NCBI GenBank assembly: GCA_035500755.1
Contig: DATJXB010000067.1
Span: 36,023 to 100,022 of the forward strand
From: Thermoanaerobaculia bacterium
GTDB taxonomy: Bacteria; Acidobacteriota; Thermoanaerobaculia; UBA5066; Gp7-AA6
Length of the DNA: 64,000 nucleotides
Reading direction: 5' to 3'
The first letter of the stretch is position 1. Each line of letters begins with the position of its first letter. The notes beneath the pieces were generated by a model. It saw only the letters and a list, made by a program, of their open reading frames with translations, searched no databases and was not told where the DNA came from. Shown in pieces: positions 56,756 through 64,000 of the stretch. The translations under genes were made by a program, and so were the position numbers.

Positions 56756-57882
56756 CCCGCGAACGCCAGCGGAATCGAGAGCGCCACGCGGCACCCGCGC
56801 CCCGGCGCTCCGTCGAAGGAAAAGGCGTGGTCCGGACCGAAGAGGAGATCGAGGCGGTCGCGGGTGTTGCGCAGCCCGACGCCCTCGCCGCCGCCGCGCC
56901 GGCCGCCCGGGGGCGGCCCCGGACCGTCGTCCCGCACGACGAGCCCGAGGCGGCGCTCGCCCTCGCGTGCCACGCAGACCTCGACGCGTCCCGCGCCCGG
57001 GCGGGCGGCGATGCCGTGCTTGATCGCGTTTTCGACGAGCGGCTGCAGGATCAGCGTCGGCACGAGGGCGTCGCCGAGTCCCGGCGCGACGTCGAAGGAG
57101 ACCGTCAGGCGGTCCTGGAACCGCGTCTCCTGGATCTCGAGGTAGACCTTGAGGAGCTCGATCTCCTGGCAGAGCGGCAGCAGGTCGCGCGTCTCGTTCT
57201 GGAGCGAGAGCCGGAGCAGATCCGACAGGCGCACGACCGTCCGCGAGGCGGCGTCGGCGTCGCGGAACACGAGCGGCAGGATGCTGTTGAGCGCGTTGAA
57301 GAGAAAGTGCGGGTGGAGCTGCATCTTCAGCGCTTCGAGGCGGGCGCTCGCCAGGCGCGTCTTGACCTGCGAGGCGCGGATCTCGCGTTCGCGCGAGAGC
57401 TTCGCGTAGGTGAGAGCCCACGCGAAGCCGACGATGGCCCAGAACGTCACGAGGTGCGTCGGCAGCGACAGCCGGAGCAGTCCCGGCAGCGCCGAGAGCT
57501 GCGCCGACACGACGCAGGGGAATCCCATCAGGAGCGGATACGCGAGCTGGTAGAGCGCGCCGTGGAACACCGCGAAGACGACGGACGCCGCCGCGAGAAG
57601 GCCGAGCGGCGCGGCCCAGGCGTCCTTGCGGGGGCGGCACCGCTTTGCCAGCGCGACGACGAACGGCGTGAAGGCCGCCCAGAGGTAGGCCCAGAGGAGA
57701 CACTGCGCGAGCGCTTCCCAGGCGCCGAACTCGAGACGGCGCAGCTGAAATGGATCCGAGAAATAGCGGTCGGCGGCGCGGAAGATCCCGACGAGGGTCC
57801 AGCCGCCGACGATCCACGCGGCGCGGCGCACGCGGCGGTCGGTGCTCGAGCGGGCGGCGGCGCCCTGGCCGAGGCGGCTCAT
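56752..57882 (-). CDS. LytS/YehU-type sensor histidine kinase (His_kinase PF06580-like), copy A
   Basis: ATG overlapping the upstream kinase stop. 4-5 TM, then ...LKMQLHPHFLFNALNSILPLV... (H-box) and an HATPase_c region. Confidence 0.8.
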   Translation of the reverse strand: MSRLGQGAAARSSTDRRVRRAAWIVGGWTLVGIFRAADRYFSDPFQLRRLEFGAWEALAQCLLWAYLWAAFTPFVVALAKRCRPRKDAWAAPLGLLAAASVVFAVFHGALYQLAYPLLMGFPCVVSAQLSALPGLLRLSLPTHLVTFWAIVGFAWALTYAKLSREREIRASQVKTRLASARLEALKMQLHPHFLFNALNSILPLVFRDADAASRTVVRLSDLLRLSLQNETRDLLPLCQEIELLKVYLEIQETRFQDRLTVSFDVAPGLGDALVPTLILQPLVENAIKHGIAARPGAGRVEVCVAREGERRLGLVVRDDGPGPPPGGRRGGGEGVGLRNTRDRLDLLFGPDHAFSFDGAPGRGCRVALSIPLAFAG

Positions 57883-59030
57883 GCCGCGCCCTCCGCGGGA
57901 AGCGTCGACTCCGACAGGGGCGCGTAGGGCAGCCACAGCGCGACCTCGTGGCCCTTCTCGAGCTTGTCGGAGATCGCGACGCCGTGCGCCGCCGGGTACA
58001 GGAGCTCGAGCCGGCGCTTCGTGCGCCGGATGAACGAGTCGTCGAGGGGCGCCGGCGAGGCGCCATACGACGGGCCGGCCGGGGATTCGTCCACCTCGAC
58101 GTGGAGAGCGTCGCTCTCGACGCGGGCGCGCAGGACGACGCGCGCGCGTCCGGCCCGCGCCGAGGCGCCGTTGGCGATCGCCCCCTCGCAGAGCGGCAGG
58201 AGGACGAGGTTGGGCACGGCCGCGTCGAGCGCCTCGGGCGCGATCGCGAAGACGACCTCGAGGCGGTCCTTCAGGCGCGTCTGCTCGATCTGGAGGTAGA
58301 GCCGGACGACGTCGAGCTCGGCCTTCAACGGCACGAGGCTCGTGGCGTCGTTGTGCAGCGCGAGCCGGAGGATGTCGCCGAGCTGGACGACGGTGCGGGC
58401 GGCCGCCCGCGGGTCGGTTCGGATCAGCGGCAGGATCGTCGCGAGCGTGTTGAACAGGAAGCCGGGGTGGAGGCGGAGCTTCAACGTCTCGAGCTGGGTG
58501 CCGACGAGCTCGCGCTCGAGCTCGGAGGCCTGGAGCTCGTGCTCGCGGTAGGCGTGGAAGTCGTCGATCGCCCAGGTCACGCCCGCGATGCCGACGAAGG
58601 TGGCCAGCCGCGCCGCGCCGCCGAAAGCGAGGGTCGCGAGGAAAGTCGCCATGAAGTCGGGCCCGCGGCCGGCCTCGTCGGCCGCGCTCCAGAAGAGGTT
58701 CGTCGCGAGCAGGTGGACGAGGGCCGCGGCCAGTCCCGCGGCCGCGAGCCCGAGCGCGTTCCGGACGAAGACGCCGCGGCGCGGACGGAAGCGCCGCGCC
58801 GCGCGCATGCAGAGCGGGGTCAGGAGCGCCCAGATGAAGGCGGTCACGGCGCTCGCGGCGACCGCGCGCCCCCACGGCAGCGCCAGGCGCGGCTGCAGCG
58901 ACGGCCCGCGCAGGTAGCGCTGGGTCGCGATGAAGAAGGCGACGGCGGTCCAGACGAGGGCGATAGAAAGCCTCGCCGCCCCTCTCCCTCCGGGAGAGGG
59001 GGTAGGGGTGAGGGGCATCCGCTCGCTCAC
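57879..59030 (-). CDS. LytS/YehU-type sensor histidine kinase, copy B (tandem paralogue); a repeat-element copy is embedded at its 5' end
   Basis: ...LKLRLHPGFLFNTLATILPLI... Same architecture as copy A. N-terminus MSERMPLTPTPSPGGRGAARLS is encoded by the repeat element at 58979-59015. Confidence 0.8.
   Translation of the reverse strand: MSERMPLTPTPSPGGRGAARLSIALVWTAVAFFIATQRYLRGPSLQPRLALPWGRAVAASAVTAFIWALLTPLCMRAARRFRPRRGVFVRNALGLAAAGLAAALVHLLATNLFWSAADEAGRGPDFMATFLATLAFGGAARLATFVGIAGVTWAIDDFHAYREHELQASELERELVGTQLETLKLRLHPGFLFNTLATILPLIRTDPRAAARTVVQLGDILRLALHNDATSLVPLKAELDVVRLYLQIEQTRLKDRLEVVFAIAPEALDAAVPNLVLLPLCEGAIANGASARAGRARVVLRARVESDALHVEVDESPAGPSYGASPAPLDDSFIRRTKRRLELLYPAAHGVAISDKLEKGHEVALWLPYAPLSESTLPAEGAA
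58979..59015. repeat. Copy 3 of the C/G-rich palindromic repeat family (forward on the minus strand), inside the 5' end of kinase copy B
   Basis: Plus strand: cccctctccctccgggagagggggtaggggtgagggg. Confidence 0.8.
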
Positions 59031-59040
59031 TGCCCGCCTT

Positions 59041-59808
59041 CTAGACCGCCAGCTTGCGGAAGTCCTTCAGGCGCTCGCGGTACGTGCTCGAGAGCGTCAG
59101 CCGCGTTCCGTCCTTCAGCGTCACGGCGTAGTCGCCGTTGAACCACGGGTGCATCTCGCGGATCTTCTCGATGTTGACGATCGTCGAGCGGTGGATGCGG
59201 AAGAAGCGCCGCGGATCGAGCCGCGACTCGATGCCCGACGTCGTCTCGTGGTAGACGTAGATCTCCTTGCCGACGTGCAGCCGCACGTTGTTGCGCGCCG
59301 ACTCGATCCAGTCGATGTCCTCGACGCGGAGGAACACGCTGCGGTCGTCCTTCTTGATGAGGAGCCACTCGGGATAGGCGCGCTCGCGCTGGATGTCCTG
59401 GAGGAGCGTGTGGAGCGCGGCCTTCAGGTGCTTCGAGGAGCTGCGGTCGACGGCGGCCCGGGCGCGCTCGACGGCCTCGTGCAGGCGCTCGGACGAGAAG
59501 GGCTTCATCAGGTAGTCGACGGCGTGCGCTTCGAAGGCCTTCAGCGCGTAGCGGTCGAACGCGGTGACGAACACGACGGCGGGAAGGTCCTCCGCGTCGA
59601 CGCTGGCGAGAACCCCGAAGCCGTCGAGACCGGGCATCTGCACGTCCAGGAGGACCAGGTCCGGCTTCTCGGCGGCGATGGTCTTGACCGCTTCGAAGCC
59701 GTCGCCGCACTCGCCGATGACCTCGAGGTCCGGCTCGTTCTGGAGCCCGTTGCGGACCCATTCGCGCGCGAGGGGCTCGTCGTCCACGATGAGAGTTCGG
59801 ATGGTCAT
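59041..59808 (-). CDS. LytTR-family response regulator (REC + LytTR DNA-binding domain)
   Basis: ATG with strong RBS GAAGGAGGACAGGG: MTIRTLIVDDEPLAREWV...LLDVQMPGLDGF... and the C-terminal LytTR domain. Confidence 0.85.
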   Translation of the reverse strand: MTIRTLIVDDEPLAREWVRNGLQNEPDLEVIGECGDGFEAVKTIAAEKPDLVLLDVQMPGLDGFGVLASVDAEDLPAVVFVTAFDRYALKAFEAHAVDYLMKPFSSERLHEAVERARAAVDRSSSKHLKAALHTLLQDIQRERAYPEWLLIKKDDRSVFLRVEDIDWIESARNNVRLHVGKEIYVYHETTSGIESRLDPRRFFRIHRSTIVNIEKIREMHPWFNGDYAVTLKDGTRLTLSSTYRERLKDFRKLAV

Positions 59809-59966
59809 CCCTGTCCTCCTTCGTATTTCTTGCAACGACGCAGTCCGTGATACGTAAGGAAACACAGGGAGTTAAGGAATATGCCGGCGGCGCCGAACTC
59901 AAGAATCCGGACGAACCGTTCAGATTCCGGAATGGTGTGACGCTTTCGCCCACCGGCGGGAAATCC

Positions 59967-60410
59967 GTGAGGACGAAGGGACAATTCCGGCGGACGGCCG
60001 GAAAGGCGCGGCGGGCGCGCGGTGACGTTCGTCCCCTTGAACTTTTTTTTCTGAGTGTCGCCCTGGCGCTCGGGGCCCTCGCGCCGGCGTCCCGGTGCGG
60101 CTCGGAGGCGTCGAGCGCGGCGCGCCCGACTCCGGGGGCCGTCGAGGTCGCCGCGGCAAGACCCGTGTCCCCGACGGCGGTCACGACCGCTCCCGCCGCG
60201 ACCTTCGCCGCCTCCGCGCGGCCGGTGCTCCTCGCCCGCTGCGCGCCCTGCCACGAGCCGGGCGGGAAGATGTACGCGACGCTGCCGTTCGACGAGCCGA
60301 CGGTCGTGGCCGGCCATCGGGCGGGGATCCTCCGGCGGCTGCAGGGGGAGAACCGCGACGCCGTGGCGAAGTGGCTGGCCACGCTGCCGCCGCCGGCGGA
60401 GTCCCCTTGA
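59967..60410 (+). CDS. Small secreted protein with PSCyt1-like (planctomycete-type) mono-heme cytochrome c domain
   Basis: ...FAASARPVLLARCAPCHEPGGKMYATLPFDEPTVVAGHRAGILRRL: CxxCH plus flanking residues resembling the PSCyt1 pattern (vRPIL...C..CHG....ggLrLd). Start is uncertain: candidate GTG at 59967 gives a signal-like VRTKGQFRRTAGKARRARGDVRPLELFFLSVALALGALAPAS. The table ATG at 59847 lies in an AT-rich probable promoter region. Confidence 0.5.
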   Translation: MRTKGQFRRTAGKARRARGDVRPLELFFLSVALALGALAPASRCGSEASSAARPTPGAVEVAAARPVSPTAVTTAPAATFAASARPVLLARCAPCHEPGGKMYATLPFDEPTVVAGHRAGILRRLQGENRDAVAKWLATLPPPAESP

Positions 60411-60459
60411 GCCTCATCCCTTGACGGCGCCGCCGGCCTTGTCCTAGGCTCGTCACCGT

Positions 60460-60475
60460 TCATCGATATCGATGA
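60460..60475. promoter_or_regulatory. Perfect 16-bp palindrome TCATCGATATCGATGA, candidate PadR operator
   Basis: Located 22 nt upstream of the padR-like ATG, between a TTGACG -35-like hexamer (60421) and the RBS AGGGGGA. Confidence 0.5.
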
Positions 60476-60497
60476 TCTATAGGGGGACGCCGCGGCC

Positions 60498-60830
60498 ATG
60501 CCGCCCCGACGCACCGAGCTCCTGAAGGGGACTCTGGATCTGCTGATCCTCCGGACGCTCGCGCTCGAGCCTCGGCACGGCCAGGCGATCGCCGACCGGA
60601 TCGCCCAGATCACGCGCGGCACTTTCGTCGTCAAGCCGGGCTCGCTCTTTCCGGCGCTCCACCGCCTCGAGCAGGAAGGCTTCGTCGTCGGGGCGTGGGG
60701 CGAGTCCGAGGACGGCTACCGGGTCAAGACGTACCGCCTCGCGGCGGCCGGCCGCCGCCAGCTCGAGCGCGAGACCGAGCAGTGGAAGCGGATCGTCTTC
60801 GCGGTCGGCCGGGTGCTCGAGGCGGAGTAG
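60498..60830 (+). CDS. PadR-family transcriptional regulator
   Basis: 110 aa: ...LKGTLDLLILRTLALEPRHGQAIADRIAQITRGTFVVKPGSLFPALHRLEQEGFV..., the winged-helix core of PadR. Confidence 0.85.
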   Translation: MPPRRTELLKGTLDLLILRTLALEPRHGQAIADRIAQITRGTFVVKPGSLFPALHRLEQEGFVVGAWGESEDGYRVKTYRLAAAGRRQLERETEQWKRIVFAVGRVLEAE

Positions 60831-60839
60831 AGAGGCCGC

Positions 60840-63494
60840 ATGCCGCTCGCGCCGCGCCTCGCGAGCCTCTGGCGGACGCTCTTCGGCAAGCGGCGCCTCG
60901 AGGCGGAGCTCGACGCGGAGCTGGAGTTCTACCGGCGCGCCTCGGCCGAACAGAAGCGGCGCGAAGGACTCGACCCCGACGCCGCGGCTCGGGCGGCCGA
61001 CGCCGAGATCGGCGACGTCGCGCGGGTCAAGGAAGCGGCGCGGGACGCGCGCGTCGGCGCCGCCTTCGACGCGGCGGTTCGCGACGCCCGCTACGCCTGG
61101 CGCGGCCTCTGGCGCTCGCCGGGGTTCGCCGCGGCGACGATCCTGACGCTCGGCCTCGGCATCGGCGCGAACACGGCGATCTTCTCGGTGGTGAACGCGC
61201 TCCTGCTCGCGCCGCTGCCGTACCGCGACTCGGCCCGGCTCGTCTTCGTCTGGTCCGACATGACCGAGGAGGGCTACCCGCGCGCACCGCTCTCGGGGCC
61301 GGAGCTCGCGGACCTCCGGCAGCGAGCGACGCGCTTCGGCGGGTTCGGCGCCATCTGGTCGAACAGCGCCGCCTTGAATGGCGAGGGCGAGCCCGAGCAG
61401 ATCCGGATCGGGCGCGTCACGACGGACTTCTTCTCGGTGCTCGGCGCCGAGGCCACGGTTGGGCGCACGTTCCGCGCCGGCGACGACGCGAAGAACGCCG
61501 AGCCGCGCATTCTCCTCGCCGACGCGCTCTGGCGGCGGCGCTACGGCGGCGATCCGTCGATCGTCGGGCGGCGGATCCTCGTCGACGGCCAGCCGACGAC
61601 GGTCGTCGGCGTGATGCCGTCGTCGTTCCGCTTGCTCCTGCCGCCGGACTCGGCGGTGCCGGACGACCTCGAGGCGTTCGTGCCGTTCTGGCCCGGGATG
61701 ACCGAGGGCAATCGCGGCCAGCAGTTCCTCCGCGTCGTCGGGCGGTTGAAGCCCGACGCCACGCTCGCGCAGGGAAGGGGCGAGGTCGACGCGATCGCCG
61801 CGCGCGTCTCGAGGGAGTTTCCCGAGTACGGGAGCGCCGGGCGACGCTACAACACGGTCGGGCTCCACGACGACGGGGTGCGCGAGGTCCGTCCGGTCCT
61901 GATCGCCCTCTTCGGCGGCGTCGGCATCCTGCTGCTGATCACGTGCGTCAACGTCGCCGGGCTGCTCGCGGCGCGGGCGGCCGCGCGCCGTCCCGAGATC
62001 GCCCTGCGCGTCGCGCTCGGCGCGGGACGGGGCCGCTTGTTCCGGCAGTGCCTCGTCGAGGGCCTCGTGCTCGCGGGCCTCGGCGCCGCCGCGGGGCTCG
62101 CCGTGGCCCAGGGCGCGCTGCGCCTCCTCGTCGCGGCGCGGCCGGCGAGCCTCGACCGCATCGCGGCCGCCGGGATCGACGGGAGCGTCCTCGCGTTCAC
62201 GGCGGGCACGAGCCTCCTCTGGGGACTCCTCCTCTCGCTCGCGCCGCTCTCCGAGGTCGCGCGGACGTCGGCCGCCGCGGGGCTGAAGGGCGCCGGACCG
62301 GGCGCGCGGTCGCGGACGCGCCACCTGCTCGTCGCCGCGCAGGTCGCGCTCGGCGTCGTGCTCGCCGTCGGCGCCGGGCTCGTCGGGCGGACGTTCCTGC
62401 GGCTGCAGGCCGTCGATCCGGGGTTTCGCGCCGACCACGTTCTCTCGTTCCGCCTCGCGCTGCCGGACTCGCGCTACGAGGATCCGGCGGCGTTCAACGC
62501 GTTTTCGCGGCGCTTCGAGACGGAGCTCCGCGCCCTGCCCGGCGTCACGGCCGCCGGCGTCGTCAGCCACTTTCCCTTCGACCACATCCCGAACTGGGGA
62601 GGCCCGTACCTCGCCCGGCCCGTCGCGGACGAGTCGGCGTCGCCGATGGCGGACTACCGCGCGGCGTCGCCCGGCTTCTTCGACGCCGTCGGCGCCCGCA
62701 TCGTCGCCGGGCGCGCCTTCGAGGAGTCGGACGACGAGCGCGGGGAGCGCGTCGTGATCGTGGACGAGAAGCTGGCGCGCGTGGCGTGGCCGGGCGAGAG
62801 CGCGGTCGGGAAGCGCCTCCGCGTCGACCCGCAGTCCAACGGCAAGCCCGAGACGTGGGTGACCGTCGTCGGGGTCGTGCGGCATGTGCGCCACCGCCGG
62901 CTGACCGACGAAGTGCGGGAGCAGATCTACTTTCCCGAACGCCAGATCAACCGCAACCCGGCGGCCTACGTCGTGCGCGCCGCGTCGGACCCGGCGGCGC
63001 TCGTCGGTCCGATCCGCGAGGCGCTTGCGAAGCTCGACCCGGCCCTCCCGATCTCGGAGGTGCGCCCGCTCCAGGACTACGTCGCGGCCGCCCGCGGCGC
63101 GCAACGGTTCATGACGATCCTCGCCGCGGCGTTCGCGGCCGTGGCGCTGTTCCTCGCCGGCGTCGGCCTCTACGGTGTCGTCGCGTACTCGGTGACCCGC
63201 CGCCGCAAGGAATTCGGCGTCCGCCTCGCGCTCGGCGCGCGGCCGGGCCAGATCGAGGCGCTCGTGCTCGCCGAGGGGTTGGGCGTGACCGCCGTCGGCC
63301 TGGCGGCGGGGCTTCCCGCGGCGGCCCTCGTCGCCCGGCTCCTGCGCGCGCAGCTCTTCGGCGTCTCGCCCCGGGACGCCGCGAGCTGGGGCGCCGCGGT
63401 CGCGCTGTTGTCGGGAGCGGCGCTGCTCGCGTCCTGGATCGCCGCGCGGCGGGCGGCGCGGGCGAACCCGCTCGAGGCGCTGCGCGCGGATTGA
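60840..63494 (+). CDS. FtsX-like duplicated ABC permease (ADOP family: two MacB-like periplasmic domains and two 4-TM FtsX modules)
   Basis: 884 aa. N-terminal cytoplasmic region then ...AATILTLGLGIGANTAIFSVVNALLL...; two FtsX-type TM bundles (around 61900-62300 and 63100-63450). Immediately downstream of PadR, the characteristic Acidobacterial pairing. Confidence 0.85.
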   Translation: MPLAPRLASLWRTLFGKRRLEAELDAELEFYRRASAEQKRREGLDPDAAARAADAEIGDVARVKEAARDARVGAAFDAAVRDARYAWRGLWRSPGFAAATILTLGLGIGANTAIFSVVNALLLAPLPYRDSARLVFVWSDMTEEGYPRAPLSGPELADLRQRATRFGGFGAIWSNSAALNGEGEPEQIRIGRVTTDFFSVLGAEATVGRTFRAGDDAKNAEPRILLADALWRRRYGGDPSIVGRRILVDGQPTTVVGVMPSSFRLLLPPDSAVPDDLEAFVPFWPGMTEGNRGQQFLRVVGRLKPDATLAQGRGEVDAIAARVSREFPEYGSAGRRYNTVGLHDDGVREVRPVLIALFGGVGILLLITCVNVAGLLAARAAARRPEIALRVALGAGRGRLFRQCLVEGLVLAGLGAAAGLAVAQGALRLLVAARPASLDRIAAAGIDGSVLAFTAGTSLLWGLLLSLAPLSEVARTSAAAGLKGAGPGARSRTRHLLVAAQVALGVVLAVGAGLVGRTFLRLQAVDPGFRADHVLSFRLALPDSRYEDPAAFNAFSRRFETELRALPGVTAAGVVSHFPFDHIPNWGGPYLARPVADESASPMADYRAASPGFFDAVGARIVAGRAFEESDDERGERVVIVDEKLARVAWPGESAVGKRLRVDPQSNGKPETWVTVVGVVRHVRHRRLTDEVREQIYFPERQINRNPAAYVVRAASDPAALVGPIREALAKLDPALPISEVRPLQDYVAAARGAQRFMTILAAAFAAVALFLAGVGLYGVVAYSVTRRRKEFGVRLALGARPGQIEALVLAEGLGVTAVGLAAGLPAAALVARLLRAQLFGVSPRDAASWGAAVALLSGAALLASWIAARRAARANPLEALRAD

Positions 63495-63498
63495 ATGA

Positions 63499-63535
63499 CC
63501 CCTCTCCCGGCGGGAGAGGGCGGGGGTGAGGGGGG
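63499..63535. repeat. Copy 4 of the C/G-rich palindromic repeat family (reverse orientation), intergenic after the permease
   Basis: cccctctcccggcgggagagggcgggggtgagggggg. Confidence 0.8.
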
Positions 63536-63540
63536 CCTCC

Positions 63541-64000
63541 CTACCGCAGCCGCCGGAACGCGTGCGTCTTGACCGCGATCCAGACGTCGACGCCGGGCAG
63601 GAGACCGAGCTCCTCGGCCGCCGCGCGCGTGACCCGCGCGGTCCACTCGACGCCGCCGGCGGCGATCCGCGTCCAGGCGTTGGCGCCGGACGGGTCGACC
63701 GCCGTGACCTTGCCCGAGAGGACGTTGCGCGCCGAGACGCCTTGGAGCGGATGGGTCGAGACGAGCACGTCCTCCGGCGCGACGGAGTACACCGCGGCGG
63801 CGGCGGGATGCTCGGCGTCCTCGCCGGGGACCGCGAGCTCGAGGCTGCCGACCCGGAAGCAGCCGGCGCCGCCCGCGCGCGCCGCGTCGAGACGGCCGGC
63901 GAGGATGTTGTCGAAGCGCGCCTCGGGGTCTTCGCGGCCCATCGCCGCCAGCGCCGCCTCCGGGGTCCCCGCGAAGACGACCGTGCCTTCCTTCAGCACG
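63541..64000 (-). CDS. C-terminal TOBE (Mop) domain of an ABC-transporter ATPase (ModC/CysA-like); gene start lies beyond the right edge
   Basis: ...LQGVSARNVLSGKVTAVDPSGANAWTRIAAGGVEWTARVTRAAAEELGLLPGVDVWIAVKTHAFRRL. The SARN...G.V motif and OB-fold pattern are typical of molybdate/sulfate-transporter TOBE domains. Confidence 0.55.
   Translation of the reverse strand, partial: VLKEGTVVFAGTPEAALAAMGREDPEARFDNILAGRLDAARAGGAGCFRVGSLELAVPGEDAEHPAAAAVYSVAPEDVLVSTHPLQGVSARNVLSGKVTAVDPSGANAWTRIAAGGVEWTARVTRAAAEELGLLPGVDVWIAVKTHAFRRLR

Noticed and set aside
59847-59966. ATG 59847 as start of the cytochrome-domain ORF (MIRKETQGVKEY...)
   Set aside because: This 120-nt stretch is AT-rich and lies in the divergent promoter region adjacent to the LytTR regulator RBS/start. 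The encoded N-terminus is hydrophilic with no signal peptide. A downstream GTG gives a plausible signal sequence, so the 5' extension is probably non-coding.
60477-63529. 875-aa minus and 944-aa plus ORFs overlapping the ADOP permease gene
   Set aside because: Alternative frames or antisense of a gene with clear FtsX/MacB architecture. Translations are Arg/Gly-rich low complexity.

Overview
This is a 64 kb, roughly 70% GC bacterial window with dense coding on both strands. Gene content suggests an Acidobacteriota-like genome: a PadR regulator paired with an FtsX-type 'ADOP' permease, a carboxypeptidase-regulatory/TonB-dependent-receptor-like outer-membrane protein, and many GTGA/ATGA overlapping gene junctions. 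Many long ORFs in the supplied table are out-of-frame or antisense artefacts of the high GC and were not annotated. All annotation is by eye from the sequence and ORF table; no database search was run. My residue counts occasionally disagree with the table by 1 nt, so internal start coordinates carry about +/-1-3 nt uncertainty.

Main blocks, left to right:
- A truncated HpcH aldolase, a ChlI-like ATPase and a thioredoxin-fold protein.
- An orphan TAT-exported sugar-binding protein and a hotdog thioesterase.
- A formate dehydrogenase-N operon (fdnG-fdnH-fdnI-fdhE plus a hemerythrin-like gene). fdnG carries an in-frame TGA selenocysteine codon and a SECIS-like hairpin.
- A Ser/Thr kinase::USP fusion translationally coupled to a metallophosphoesterase.
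- Two AMP-forming acyl-CoA synthetases flanking a complete sugar ABC transporter and an MHS-family MFS transporter.
- An EAL protein, an S4 RNA-binding protein, a LemA/M48-peptidase pair and a DGQHR (DndB-like) protein.
- The most unusual locus (28.2-36.7 kb): HlyD-like adaptor, soluble histidine kinase and sigma-54 activator, then a sigma-54 promoter driving a small gene whose C-terminus is about 11 tandem hexapeptide (AKSMRS) repeats (18-bp DNA repeat). Convergent to it is an operon STAS / triple-GAF::HlyD / PqqD-like RRE::site-2-protease(M50)::HlyD. I propose this as a candidate novel peptide processing/export system.
- A bufferin-like RiPP cluster (12-Cys signal-peptide precursor, MNIO/DUF692, DUF2063; DoxX nearby).
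- A second sigma-54 promoter in front of the TonB-dependent-receptor-like outer-membrane gene.
- A tri-modular (GT4-GT4-GT2) glycosyltransferase with no canonical in-frame start, a SAM methyltransferase, a YfhO-family membrane protein and further membrane proteins.
- A LytTR response regulator with two tandem LytS-type kinases and a degenerate beta-lactamase-fold protein.
- A PSCyt1-like mono-heme domain protein, PadR with a perfect 16-bp palindromic operator, the ADOP permease and a truncated TOBE-domain ABC ATPase.
- A roughly 40-bp C/G-rich palindromic repeat element occurs four times, twice inside coding sequence.
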